Source: Candidatus Cloacimonadales bacterium (lineage in GTDB: Bacteria; Cloacimonadota; Cloacimonadia; Cloacimonadales; JAIOQZ01). Taken from it: DNA of 64,000 bases. The first letter of the stretch is position 1, and the number at the start of each line of letters is the position of its first letter. Below are positions 21,961 to 30,311 of the stretch, in pieces. The DNA lies in the NCBI GenBank assembly GCA_963674825.1, contig OY771587.1, positions 2,848,001 through 2,912,000 on the forward strand, in the 5' to 3' direction. Both the position numbers and the translations under genes were made by a program. The notes beneath the pieces are model-generated. The model saw only the letters and a program-made list of their open reading frames with translations. It ran no database searches and had not been told where the DNA came from.

Positions 21961-22817
21961 GTCTGCATCAACTCCGAGACCTTCTGCGCGAGGGTGTTGG
22001 ATGAGTGCAGCACGTTGGCGAGTGCCTGCAGCGCGTCCTCATCCTGCGCGAAGGCGTCGATGATGTTGCCGAGGGTGAGTTGTGTCTCGATGGTCTCGAT
22101 GCGCTCCTCGAGCGGCGAAGTCGTGGTCGCGTAGGTATGGTCGATCTTCTTGATCATCGAGCTGAGACCGCTGTACAGCGTCACCGAGATGTTCAGAACA
22201 TCGCCGTTCTCGACACCGCTCAGTTCGCTTCCATCGATGAACACGTATGTGCTCAGAACCGTCTCGTGATGTACCTCCGAGCCGTCCTTCTCGATGAGGA
22301 TTTCAGCCTGCGTGAAGTGCACCGTCGGCGAGGTGTTGAACAGGATGCGGATGCCGCCGCTTCGGTTGACGACATCGACGCTCAGCGTCACGGAACCGAG
22401 GTCGGGCAGCAGCAGGTCGAGGGTGTTCTCGACCGTATCCAGAGCGGTCTGCAGGGCGTATTCTGAGTGCTCATGCTCAGTGTCCGCCTTGCCGTTCTGC
22501 AGGACGACGAGCGCATCGTTGATATCGTCGATATGGTGACCGATATCGTTATTGTCGGGCAGGATGATGTCCTCGGCCTGATGCGAGTGGTGCAGGCTGG
22601 ATTTTCCTGCCAGCGCGGACTGCACATCCGAGCCGTCCGAGGTGCGTATTTGCTCGGCGTTGTGCTTGTTCGATCCGGTTCCCGTATGGCCGTCGATGCT
22701 TGTCTGATGCGAGTAGAGCAGGGCGTCGATGGTGTCGAAGTTGCCGTTGAGCGCGGCGGCCCAACCGGATTCGCCTGCGACCGGCTTATAGAGGTTGAAG
22801 TTTGTAGTTTCGGGCAT
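21957..22817 (-). CDS. Putative minor tail / fibre protein
   Basis: N-terminal TTNFNLYKP...LNGNFDTID typical of tail proteins; His-rich H-x-H repeats; AGGAGG RBS. Confidence 0.55.
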   Translation of the reverse strand: MPETTNFNLYKPVAGESGWAAALNGNFDTIDALLYSHQTSIDGHTGTGSNKHNAEQIRTSDGSDVQSALAGKSSLHHSHQAEDIILPDNNDIGHHIDDINDALVVLQNGKADTEHEHSEYALQTALDTVENTLDLLLPDLGSVTLSVDVVNRSGGIRILFNTSPTVHFTQAEILIEKDGSEVHHETVLSTYVFIDGSELSGVENGDVLNISVTLYSGLSSMIKKIDHTYATTTSPLEERIETIETQLTLGNIIDAFAQDEDALQALANVLHSSNTLAQKVSELMQT

Positions 22818-22825
22818 GCGTCCTC

Positions 22826-23275
22826 CTAAAATCCCCAGCAATCGCCCCAGCCGGCGCCATAGCCGAACACGCTGTCGAAGTCGATGGGCGAAAGCTGCTT
22901 GTAGATGCTTATGAGGGTGAATTTGATGCGGCTTCTATGCGAACGCGCGTCGTCCTCGAGCTTGGGCAGTTTGTCGATGACGACCGGGAACTGCATCGTC
23001 CCCGACCCGGCGTCAAACTCGATGTAGAGCTGGTCTTCGCCGCTCAAGATGGCGTACAGCTCGTCGTACTGCGTCGCCGGCAAATAGGCTTCACACTCGA
23101 TGCTGTCCTCGTTGTATGGCTCGCGGCGGATGAGGATGGTCGGATCGAAGGCGCACTGCTTCTCGACGCGATACTTGCGCTGCGGCTGGTAGTCGATCAC
23201 GCCGCTCTCGACGACGAAACCGGAGTACACGCCGCCTGCGATGGAAATGATGCGAAAGCCGTCGTAGAGCAGCAT
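22826..23275 (-). CDS. Putative tail tip/distal tail protein
   Basis: TGATG coupling to the upstream tail gene; ~149 aa; role inferred from position. Confidence 0.5.
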   Translation of the reverse strand: MLLYDGFRIISIAGGVYSGFVVESGVIDYQPQRKYRVEKQCAFDPTILIRREPYNEDSIECEAYLPATQYDELYAILSGEDQLYIEFDAGSGTMQFPVVIDKLPKLEDDARSHRSRIKFTLISIYKQLSPIDFDSVFGYGAGWGDCWGF

Positions 23276-24711
23276 CAGACCTCCCACGCCTTGAGCACGT
23301 ACTCGTCCGCCTTGGGGTCGCGCTGCAGCTCGGTGATGCGGTACTGCACGCCCTCGATGAGCAGCTTGTCGAACAGCGACAGGTCGTACTTGGCGAGATT
23401 GTCGATGGTCGCCTCGAGACACCACGTCTGGCAGAAGAGGGTTTCATAGTAGTCCGCGACGAGGGTCTTGAGGTTGGTCGTGTCGCCGACGAGACAGTCC
23501 AGTACCGAAGTGTCGGGCCTTGAACGATTGAGCCGCTTGCGCTTGAACTCGATGATGTCTGCCGATTCGATTGTGGTGACACTGTTGCTGGCGTCGTCCT
23601 TGTTGACCAATCGCAGCGTGCCGCCGGGCTGCGAGATGATGGTCAGATTGTGCAGGAGCAGCGCGGCTTTCAGGGCCTTGAGCTTCTCCAACGGCTCGTT
23701 CTCGCCCTCGTAGAAGCCCTTCGGATACAGGTTTGCAGGGACCGCGTTGCCGGTGTAGGTGACGTACTTGTACTCCGGCGCGGTGGCGTCGTCGAGGTCG
23801 GCGTCCTCTATACCTATAGTATAGGTGTTGCCGTTGTGGTGGAATGTCCGCGCGGAAGCCCACGGCTCGAACGGGACATACTCAGCGCACAGTTCATCGC
23901 GCCACGCGAGCATTTCGGAGTACTGCGTCGTGCTGAAGATTTCCGACTTCTCGTCGATCTCGGCGTCGTCGTCCTCGATCCAGCAGATCGCGTTGTAGAA
24001 GCGGAACTTGCGCGCGTAGACCTTGCACTGGATGTTGCCCTCGTGGACGTGCTCGCAGTAGAACAGCAGGCGGAACTCGGGGACGTAATCGCCGCTGAAC
24101 ATCGGCGCGTAGCGGAAGCCGCAGTAGCACGTCAGCGTGCCATTCCACGCGCGGAACTTGCGCACCATGCGGAGCCAGTCAAGCTGCAGGACTTGCAGGT
24201 CGGTCACAGCGAGCTGGAGCGGCGTGTAGCCGTACCACGAGCACGGAATGGTGACCTCGTTGCCCAGTGCAGACTCGATCCCTTGCGCCAGATAGCGGAA
24301 GCAGTAGTCGGCCGGGTAGCCGCTGTGGAGGGCATAGAGCATGGTCTGGTCATCGAACTTGGCGAACAGCCGCAGATAGTCGTAGCAGGTGAACGCGACC
24401 ACGTCGGTCTTGGCGTTGTGACTCACGAACGAGGTGTCGATGACGCCGTGAAAGACCAGCGTGGAGCCTTCGTAGAGCCGCAGGAGGTAGTGCGAGATAT
24501 AGCGGTCGTACTCGTGCTCGCCGGAGAGAATATTTGCCTCGATCCAGTCGTCTCGAAAGCACTCGAACTCGACCCGGCGCGGCTCCTTGGCGAAGTAGCT
24601 TGTACCGGCGATCTTGTCGGCGTTGAGCCTGATATTGTCCAAGCCGTCAGCGAGGCTCAGCGAGTGTTGCACCGAGTAAGAGAATCGGTCGATAAAATCT
24701 ATTCTCCACAT
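23275..24711 (-). CDS. Putative tail hub/minor tail protein
   Basis: 478 aa immediately downstream of the tape measure gene; role inferred from position. Confidence 0.5.
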   Translation of the reverse strand: MWRIDFIDRFSYSVQHSLSLADGLDNIRLNADKIAGTSYFAKEPRRVEFECFRDDWIEANILSGEHEYDRYISHYLLRLYEGSTLVFHGVIDTSFVSHNAKTDVVAFTCYDYLRLFAKFDDQTMLYALHSGYPADYCFRYLAQGIESALGNEVTIPCSWYGYTPLQLAVTDLQVLQLDWLRMVRKFRAWNGTLTCYCGFRYAPMFSGDYVPEFRLLFYCEHVHEGNIQCKVYARKFRFYNAICWIEDDDAEIDEKSEIFSTTQYSEMLAWRDELCAEYVPFEPWASARTFHHNGNTYTIGIEDADLDDATAPEYKYVTYTGNAVPANLYPKGFYEGENEPLEKLKALKAALLLHNLTIISQPGGTLRLVNKDDASNSVTTIESADIIEFKRKRLNRSRPDTSVLDCLVGDTTNLKTLVADYYETLFCQTWCLEATIDNLAKYDLSLFDKLLIEGVQYRITELQRDPKADEYVLKAWEV

Positions 24712-24734
24712 AACTTACGCCTCTCTCGACCGAT

Positions 24735-24814
24735 TCAGTTTACAGTTAATAGTTAACAGTTGAGGGGGAAAGGGAGCGGCAACTGTAAACTGTTGACTGC
24801 CAACTATTAACTGA
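24735..24814. repeat. Inverted heptamer-repeat hairpin
   Basis: CAGTTTA CAGTTAA TAGTTAA CAGTTGA ... CAACTG TAAACTG TTGACTG CCAACTA TTAACTG. Confidence 0.8.
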
Positions 24815-24815
24815 C

Positions 24816-27464
24816 TCATAGGTCGCTCCTAATCAACGTACCTTCTTCAGCCTTCTCGCTTACGATGACGGGGTCGGCCAGCGAGAGCACACCGTTGGCG
24901 GAGATGTGGTTGTGTATGCTCAGTTCCTTATCGCGCAGCTCGCGGCGCAGCAGACGGTTCTCCGATATCAGGTCGTCCACCCGCTCTATCAGTGTGGAGA
25001 GTACGTTACTCGAAGGAACGCTACCGCCTCCAGAGAACGCGAACGACGGCGTCGCGGGAACCGGGATGTCAGGTATCAACACGCTGCCGAGGGTCTTGCG
25101 GACGGCCTCCAGCGGTGCGTAGTTGAGGTAGTGGAAGAACTTCGCTCCCAGCTCTCGCACACGCTGTTTGCGCGTGATGTACTCGTCGCCCTCGGCCTCG
25201 ATGAGGATGCCGCCGCCGGAGTGACTCGGCCCCGTGAGAAGCCCGCCCTGCGCCGCTTCCTGATACTTCTGCTTCGAAATCGTGTGGACGTTGGCTAGGC
25301 CGGCCGCAATCGCCGCTGCGGCGGCTGCAGCCCCCAGCGCGGGGCCAATAACGGGCAGTCCCGCCATCGACTTGAACGCCGCTACAGCCGACGAGTAGGT
25401 GTCGACCATCGCCTGCGCCATGGCCATTGCCTTCCACGCCGCGAAGCCCTTTTTGCCAAAGGCTTGAGCGGCTTTCGCGATATTGCCGAACATGCCGGAA
25501 AAGCCCTGCGCCGCCTTGAATTGGTACTTCTCGCGGATGCGCTGCTTGGCCGCTTCGGCCTGCTCGGTGATCTGCTCCTCGGAAATCCCGGCCTGCAGAA
25601 GCTTTGTTCGTTTGCGGTCGTAGTAAGCGTCGACAGCGGCCAGCTCGCTTTCATAGGACTGCAATGCCAGGTCGTCGCCGCGCGAAAGGAACTCTTCGCG
25701 GATGGCTTCAATCTCCTGCTCGTGTTGCTGCCTGCGAGCGCGTTTCTCTTCGTCCTCGGTCTCCTGTTGGCGTGCCTGCTCTTCGCGTAACCGCTTCTCC
25801 TCATTGGCGTAGTAGGCGCGGATGTTCTGAAGCGTCTCCTCGCCAGCCTGCAGGGACTCGGCGCGCTTCAACTCGGTGTCACGTTCTGCGGCGAGTTGGG
25901 CGATCTTGCGTTCGAGCACGTCCTCGATGGCCAGCAGGGCGTACTGCCGTTGCACCTCCAGTCGCTGGTTTGTCTCCTCCTCGATGGCGTCCGAGAGCTG
26001 CTTTTCGAGCCGCTGCCAGCGTTGATAAGCAGCGAGCTTGTCGTCTACGTTCGCGGCGTCGACCTCACGGATTTCCTCATAGGCGGCCTTGGCCTGCTTG
26101 ATGCGGTAGCGCAGGAGCCGCACGCCCTCGTAGGTCTGTTCGCGCTCAATCCTGAGTTTTCCCGCATGGTACTCCTCGATCGCGCGCATATCGTCGTCGA
26201 AGAGCCGTTTGCGCAGCGCGGTGCGTCGCGCCATTAACTCCCGCTCTTCCTCGAACGCCTGCCACGCTTCGTCCTGCGTCGCGTTGCTCTTGATGGCTTC
26301 ATCATACTTCGCTCTGGCGGCGAGAATGGCGTCGGTGATGGTCTCGAACTCGCTCTTCGCTTGATCGTAGCTGAGTTCATCCACTTCCTTGCGACTCTCG
26401 GACACCAGCTCGCTGAAACTGGTCATCTCCGCAATCAGCTCGTCGAGCTTCTGCCGCGCCTCTTCCGCCTGTCGCTTGTAGCGTTCCAGCGATTCCTCGG
26501 CGTTGCGGGTCTCGGACGCGCTGGAGGCGAACGCGAAACCCGCCGCAGTCGCTCCTGCAGCCAGCAGACTCATAACGCCCACGACGGGATTGATGGCGGC
26601 TTTGAGGGCAATAACGACGGTGGTGAGAACGGTGATGGCAGTGGTGACCGCCCCGATGACGGGTATGGCGACGACCAGTCCGGTCACGAAGCCCTTGACC
26701 GCCGGTGTAAGCTGGTTGTACCACTCGAACAGGCTGCGGATGCCCCTGAGAAGCGGCTCGATGAGCACATTGAGCATGTCGCCGATCTGCTCCTTGATGT
26801 CGCCCCACGCATTCGCGTTCTGCAAGCGCAGGTCAGCCAGTGCCTCCGAGACGCCGCCGTAGTCGCCTGCGAGCTTCTCGACGAGGTAACTCACGCCTTC
26901 CTGCTGGATGCGGCTTTTGTCGAGCTCCACGCCGTACTCGCGCAGGGAGTCCGTGTAACCGTTCACCGCGCGTCCCATGAGCGAAAACGCCGACGAGACG
27001 GTCATGCCGGTGGATGCGTTGGCGTCGGCGAAGTCGAGGATATACGGGGTGATGGCCTGCACCTCGTCGGTGGTCATCTTGAAGGTCTGGCGCATCTTGG
27101 CCATGAGGGGCAATAGCTCCTCGTCGCCGTGGTTTGTCACCGCCTGCATGCGCGACGCAAACTCCTGCATCGATTCCGATTGCTCGCCGAACGCGATGTT
27201 GGTCAGCGTGACCGCCTGCCGCTGTTTCAGCGAAGCGTTGAGCAGGTCGTTCGCCTGATTGACCACGCCATCGATGACCGACTTCAGCGAGGACAGGTTC
27301 AGCATCACGTCGCGGATGACGCCCAGCGCGGCCTGCGCATCGAGCTTCAGCGACTTCGGCTCCTCCGCCTTCTGCTTCAGGTCGTCGACCTGCGCCTCGA
27401 CGTCGGTGACAGCCGCCTTCGCGTCGCCCTTCTCGATGATGATGCGGAACCGAAGCGAGGCCAT
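24816..27464 (-). CDS. Tail tape measure protein
   Basis: ~882 aa Ala/Glu/Lys-rich helical protein with central hydrophobic segments and a C-terminal GGLLTGPSHSGGG motif. Confidence 0.85.
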   Translation of the reverse strand: MASLRFRIIIEKGDAKAAVTDVEAQVDDLKQKAEEPKSLKLDAQAALGVIRDVMLNLSSLKSVIDGVVNQANDLLNASLKQRQAVTLTNIAFGEQSESMQEFASRMQAVTNHGDEELLPLMAKMRQTFKMTTDEVQAITPYILDFADANASTGMTVSSAFSLMGRAVNGYTDSLREYGVELDKSRIQQEGVSYLVEKLAGDYGGVSEALADLRLQNANAWGDIKEQIGDMLNVLIEPLLRGIRSLFEWYNQLTPAVKGFVTGLVVAIPVIGAVTTAITVLTTVVIALKAAINPVVGVMSLLAAGATAAGFAFASSASETRNAEESLERYKRQAEEARQKLDELIAEMTSFSELVSESRKEVDELSYDQAKSEFETITDAILAARAKYDEAIKSNATQDEAWQAFEEERELMARRTALRKRLFDDDMRAIEEYHAGKLRIEREQTYEGVRLLRYRIKQAKAAYEEIREVDAANVDDKLAAYQRWQRLEKQLSDAIEEETNQRLEVQRQYALLAIEDVLERKIAQLAAERDTELKRAESLQAGEETLQNIRAYYANEEKRLREEQARQQETEDEEKRARRQQHEQEIEAIREEFLSRGDDLALQSYESELAAVDAYYDRKRTKLLQAGISEEQITEQAEAAKQRIREKYQFKAAQGFSGMFGNIAKAAQAFGKKGFAAWKAMAMAQAMVDTYSSAVAAFKSMAGLPVIGPALGAAAAAAAIAAGLANVHTISKQKYQEAAQGGLLTGPSHSGGGILIEAEGDEYITRKQRVRELGAKFFHYLNYAPLEAVRKTLGSVLIPDIPVPATPSFAFSGGGSVPSSNVLSTLIERVDDLISENRLLRRELRDKELSIHNHISANGVLSLADPVIVSEKAEEGTLIRSDL

Positions 27465-27477
27465 TACATGACCTCGC

Positions 27478-27580
27478 AAATGATGAAGGAGAAATGAGGA
27501 TTGATGAATGGCAAGAGACTGTGCGGTCTCGCGTTACCGTTCATTCCTAATTCATAATTCATAATTCATCATTCATAATT
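27478..27580. repeat. Inverted heptamer-repeat hairpin
   Basis: TGATGAA GGAGAAA TGAGGAT TGATGAA ... TTCCTAA TTCATAA TTCATAA TTCATCA TTCATAA. Confidence 0.75.
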
Positions 27581-28136
27581 CCGTATGAGGATTTCAGAGC
27601 TTTCGCGGTTCGTCCCAGACACCGAGTATCGCGTGTTCACCACGTCGATCGTGAAGCCTTTGTACAGCTCGCGGATGACAGGGTGGTCGTTGTAGCTCAG
27701 GAGCCACTTGCCTTGCACCTCGCGCAGCAGCTTGGCCAGCTCCTCATGCTGGTCGAACGCCGCCACCTTGTCGCGCTCGTAGAGCATCTCACGCTCGTAG
27801 TACGGCGCGTTCGAGGTCGGTGCGCGACTCGCTGTCGAGAAACTCGTGGAACAGCTCTCGCGATGCCAGAAGCCTGTCCAACTCCGCCTTCAGCGCGGCC
27901 GGATGGTGCTTCACGTGCCGCCAGAAGTTCACCAATTCGCCGTTGATGTCGTTGAGGATTTCGCGGTACTTCTGGCCCTTCGACGCCTGCCATTCCTTGT
28001 GGTCGCGCGACTTGGCGAAGAGTATCCACGCCGCGCCGGCAAAGGGCTCGCAGTAGGTGTCGTGCTTGGGGATGAGCGGCAGGATCGCCTTGCGCAGCAG
28101 CCGCTTGCCGCCCACCCATCCGATAACGCTATTCAT
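27569..28136 (-). pseudogene. Dam-family DNA adenine methylase, internally deleted and frameshifted
   Basis: N-part has GGK and EPFAGA. After 'DLERA' the sequence jumps in another frame to '(A)PYYEREMLY...WLLSYND...EILIRNY'; the D of DPPY and the central region are missing. Confidence 0.8.
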
Positions 28137-28890
28137 CTGATACCTCGTAGTTTGCGATGATGACTTCGGCGAACATGCTCTCGCCCTGCATCCGATTGAT
28201 GCCCTTGACCCGGCTGACCGGAATGATGCTGTATCCGGCGTACAACTCGCGCACCTCGGGGCAGTCGTCGTAACTCAGCAGCCAGCGGCCTTTCACACTC
28301 TTGAGCACGTCCCGAAGCCGCTCGTGGTCGAAGTGTCTGGCGTTCGCATACGTCGTTCCGTGGACGTAGGGCGGGTCGCAGTAGAAAAACACGCCGGGCC
28401 GGTCGTAGAATGCGATCAGCTCCTCGTACGGCAGGCGTTCGATGGTCACCTTGTCGAGTCGCTTGCTGAGGGCGTGGACGCGCTCCAGCTTGCGTTGCAT
28501 GCTGCTGGGACCGGACGTGGACGCCCTGCCGAAGTGCTCGCCCTTGCCGCCGAACGAACGGGTGATGATGTAGAGGAATCGCGCGGCGCGTTGCAGCTCG
28601 GTCAGTCCGGGTTGATCGACCAGTTCGTCGAAGAGACTCCTGCTCGCTGGCATCAGCTCCAACTCCTTCACGAGCGCGTCGGGATGGAACTTCACCTGCA
28701 GGAACAGGTTCGTGAGCCGCGCGTCGAGGTCGTTGTACACCTCGAGACGGGCCCAGCGGTCGCGGTGGAAGAGCACCCAACCCGCGCCGCCGAACGGCTC
28801 CACGTAGCCGGTGATGTCGTCCGGCACCAGCGCGCCAATCTTCTTGCGCAGCAGCTTCTTGCCGCCGATCCATGTGATCAGACTATCCAT
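28129..28890 (-). CDS. Dam-family (D12 class N6-adenine) DNA methyltransferase
   Basis: WIGGK, YVEPFGGAG, YND, DPPY, WLLSYDD motifs. Confidence 0.9.
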   Translation of the reverse strand: MDSLITWIGGKKLLRKKIGALVPDDITGYVEPFGGAGWVLFHRDRWARLEVYNDLDARLTNLFLQVKFHPDALVKELELMPASRSLFDELVDQPGLTELQRAARFLYIITRSFGGKGEHFGRASTSGPSSMQRKLERVHALSKRLDKVTIERLPYEELIAFYDRPGVFFYCDPPYVHGTTYANARHFDHERLRDVLKSVKGRWLLSYDDCPEVRELYAGYSIIPVSRVKGINRMQGESMFAEVIIANYEVSDE

Positions 28891-29331
28891 GTTGTTTCCT
28901 TGTTGTTTCGATGGCGAGGCAGTAGCGGAGGTAGAGTTCGGGCAGGCTCAACTCGCGGAAGTCGGCCTGCGTGAACCCCGCTCCGCGCAGGGCCATCTCG
29001 AGCCGTTCTATGCTGTCCCCGCTTCGACTTGCGCCGTGTAGCCCAAACCTGCGAGCAAGGGCTGAAACGCGCGCCAACTGCCTCTGACAGCCGAGAAAAA
29101 AGCCGTGAACGCCTCCGCCGCCTGCTCGGGGCCGATGTCCTCGGGCTCGCGCTCTGTAAGGATGCGCAGGATGTCGATATCGACCTGCGACTCCTCGAGC
29201 AAGTCCAGGAAGCCGACCTCGCTCAGTTCCAGCACGTTTCCGGCGAGCAGATCGGTCAGCCTGTCGCGCAGGTTTTCATTGCAAAGCAGCGTCGAGAGCA
29301 CCTTGCGGAAGGTCGCGTAGGATATGTCCAT
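28883..29331 (-). CDS. Tail assembly chaperone (29008-29331) with -1 frameshifted extension to 28883
   Basis: Downstream of the tail-tube candidate; slippery T TTT TTC at 29101-29095; -1 frame open to 28883. Confidence 0.7.
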
Positions 29332-29531
29332 TACGCCCCCAGAAAGGTTTTCACGGCGACGCCGATCAGCAGGAAAAACTGGCTGACGGTGAGGCTCGTG
29401 AGCAGCTTCAGGTTGGTTTCCAGACGCGCGATGCGGGTGACCATAGAGCGGCTCGAATCGCCGTTGCCATAGACCTCCTTGTGCACGTCCGAGATCTTCT
29501 TGCGAACTTCAGGATCGCATTTGCATTCCAT
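29331..29531 (-). CDS. Small membrane protein, possible holin (XhlA-like topology)
   Basis: 66 aa coiled N-terminus plus a single C-terminal TM helix. Confidence 0.45.
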   Translation of the reverse strand: MECKCDPEVRKKISDVHKEVYGNGDSSRSMVTRIARLETNLKLLTSLTVSQFFLLIGVAVKTFLGA

Positions 29532-29539
29532 TGTTTCTC

Positions 29540-30085
29540 CTATTCAGCGGGCACAGGTATCTTGTTTAAGAAGCTGACCTTACCGCTGGTCTTGCCGGTG
29601 AACTCGGTCGTCACCTCTTGCGTGTACAGACCGTCCGCCTCGCCGCTCCAGTCGACCGTCCAGCGGCAGCCGTTGATGAGGACGGCCTGTGTTTTGTCCT
29701 TCGAGACCGCGACCAGCGTGATCTGCGCCATCCCCGCGCTCTGCTCCTCGAGCCAGTTCTTCTTGTCTTCGTTGATGCCCACGATCGTGACGGTCACGAC
29801 GTTGGTTCGCTTGCCCTCGATCTGGTAGTGCCGGGTCTTGAGCTTCTCCGTCTTCGACTCGACCTTGAACGGTTTCTCGGCCAGTTCACCGAGCTCCTCG
29901 AAGTTCGTGCTCAGCTCGGTCTCCATCGACGCCTGACTCGCGAACATCGCGGTGATTTCGCTCTCCGTCAGCTCGCCGACCCCGACGTGGACGTTGTACA
30001 CGTCCACGCCGCCGATCTGGTTGAGCAGGTTCGCGAGGTCGCCGGTGCTCATGCCGGTGGGTAGGGTGGGTTTTTCTACGGGCAT
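29540..30085 (-). CDS. Putative major tail tube protein
   Basis: 181 aa beta-rich protein upstream of the chaperone/TMP; role inferred from position. Confidence 0.55.
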   Translation of the reverse strand: MPVEKPTLPTGMSTGDLANLLNQIGGVDVYNVHVGVGELTESEITAMFASQASMETELSTNFEELGELAEKPFKVESKTEKLKTRHYQIEGKRTNVVTVTIVGINEDKKNWLEEQSAGMAQITLVAVSKDKTQAVLINGCRWTVDWSGEADGLYTQEVTTEFTGKTSGKVSFLNKIPVPAE

Positions 30086-30094
30086 GACCGCTCC

Positions 30095-30295
30095 CTACGC
30101 GCGTTTGACGATGTTGTCGCAGTGCGCGAGGATGAAGCCGACGATGGCTTCCTTGAACTCGCGGAACTTGGCCACGAAGGCGTCGTCGATGGTGTTTTCG
30201 CTACGCTTCGCGAGCGCTTCGAGCGCGCTGATGACGGCGTCCACGATCGGCTCTGCGAGGGCCTTGATCGCCTGTTTGAGTATCCATTTCCACAT
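30095..30295 (-). CDS. Small amphipathic phage protein
   Basis: AGGAGG RBS; SENTIDDAFV motif; 66 aa. Confidence 0.55.
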   Translation of the reverse strand: MWKWILKQAIKALAEPIVDAVISALEALAKRSENTIDDAFVAKFREFKEAIVGFILAHCDNIVKRA

Positions 30296-30311
30296 AGTGT
30301 CCTCCTTAGGG

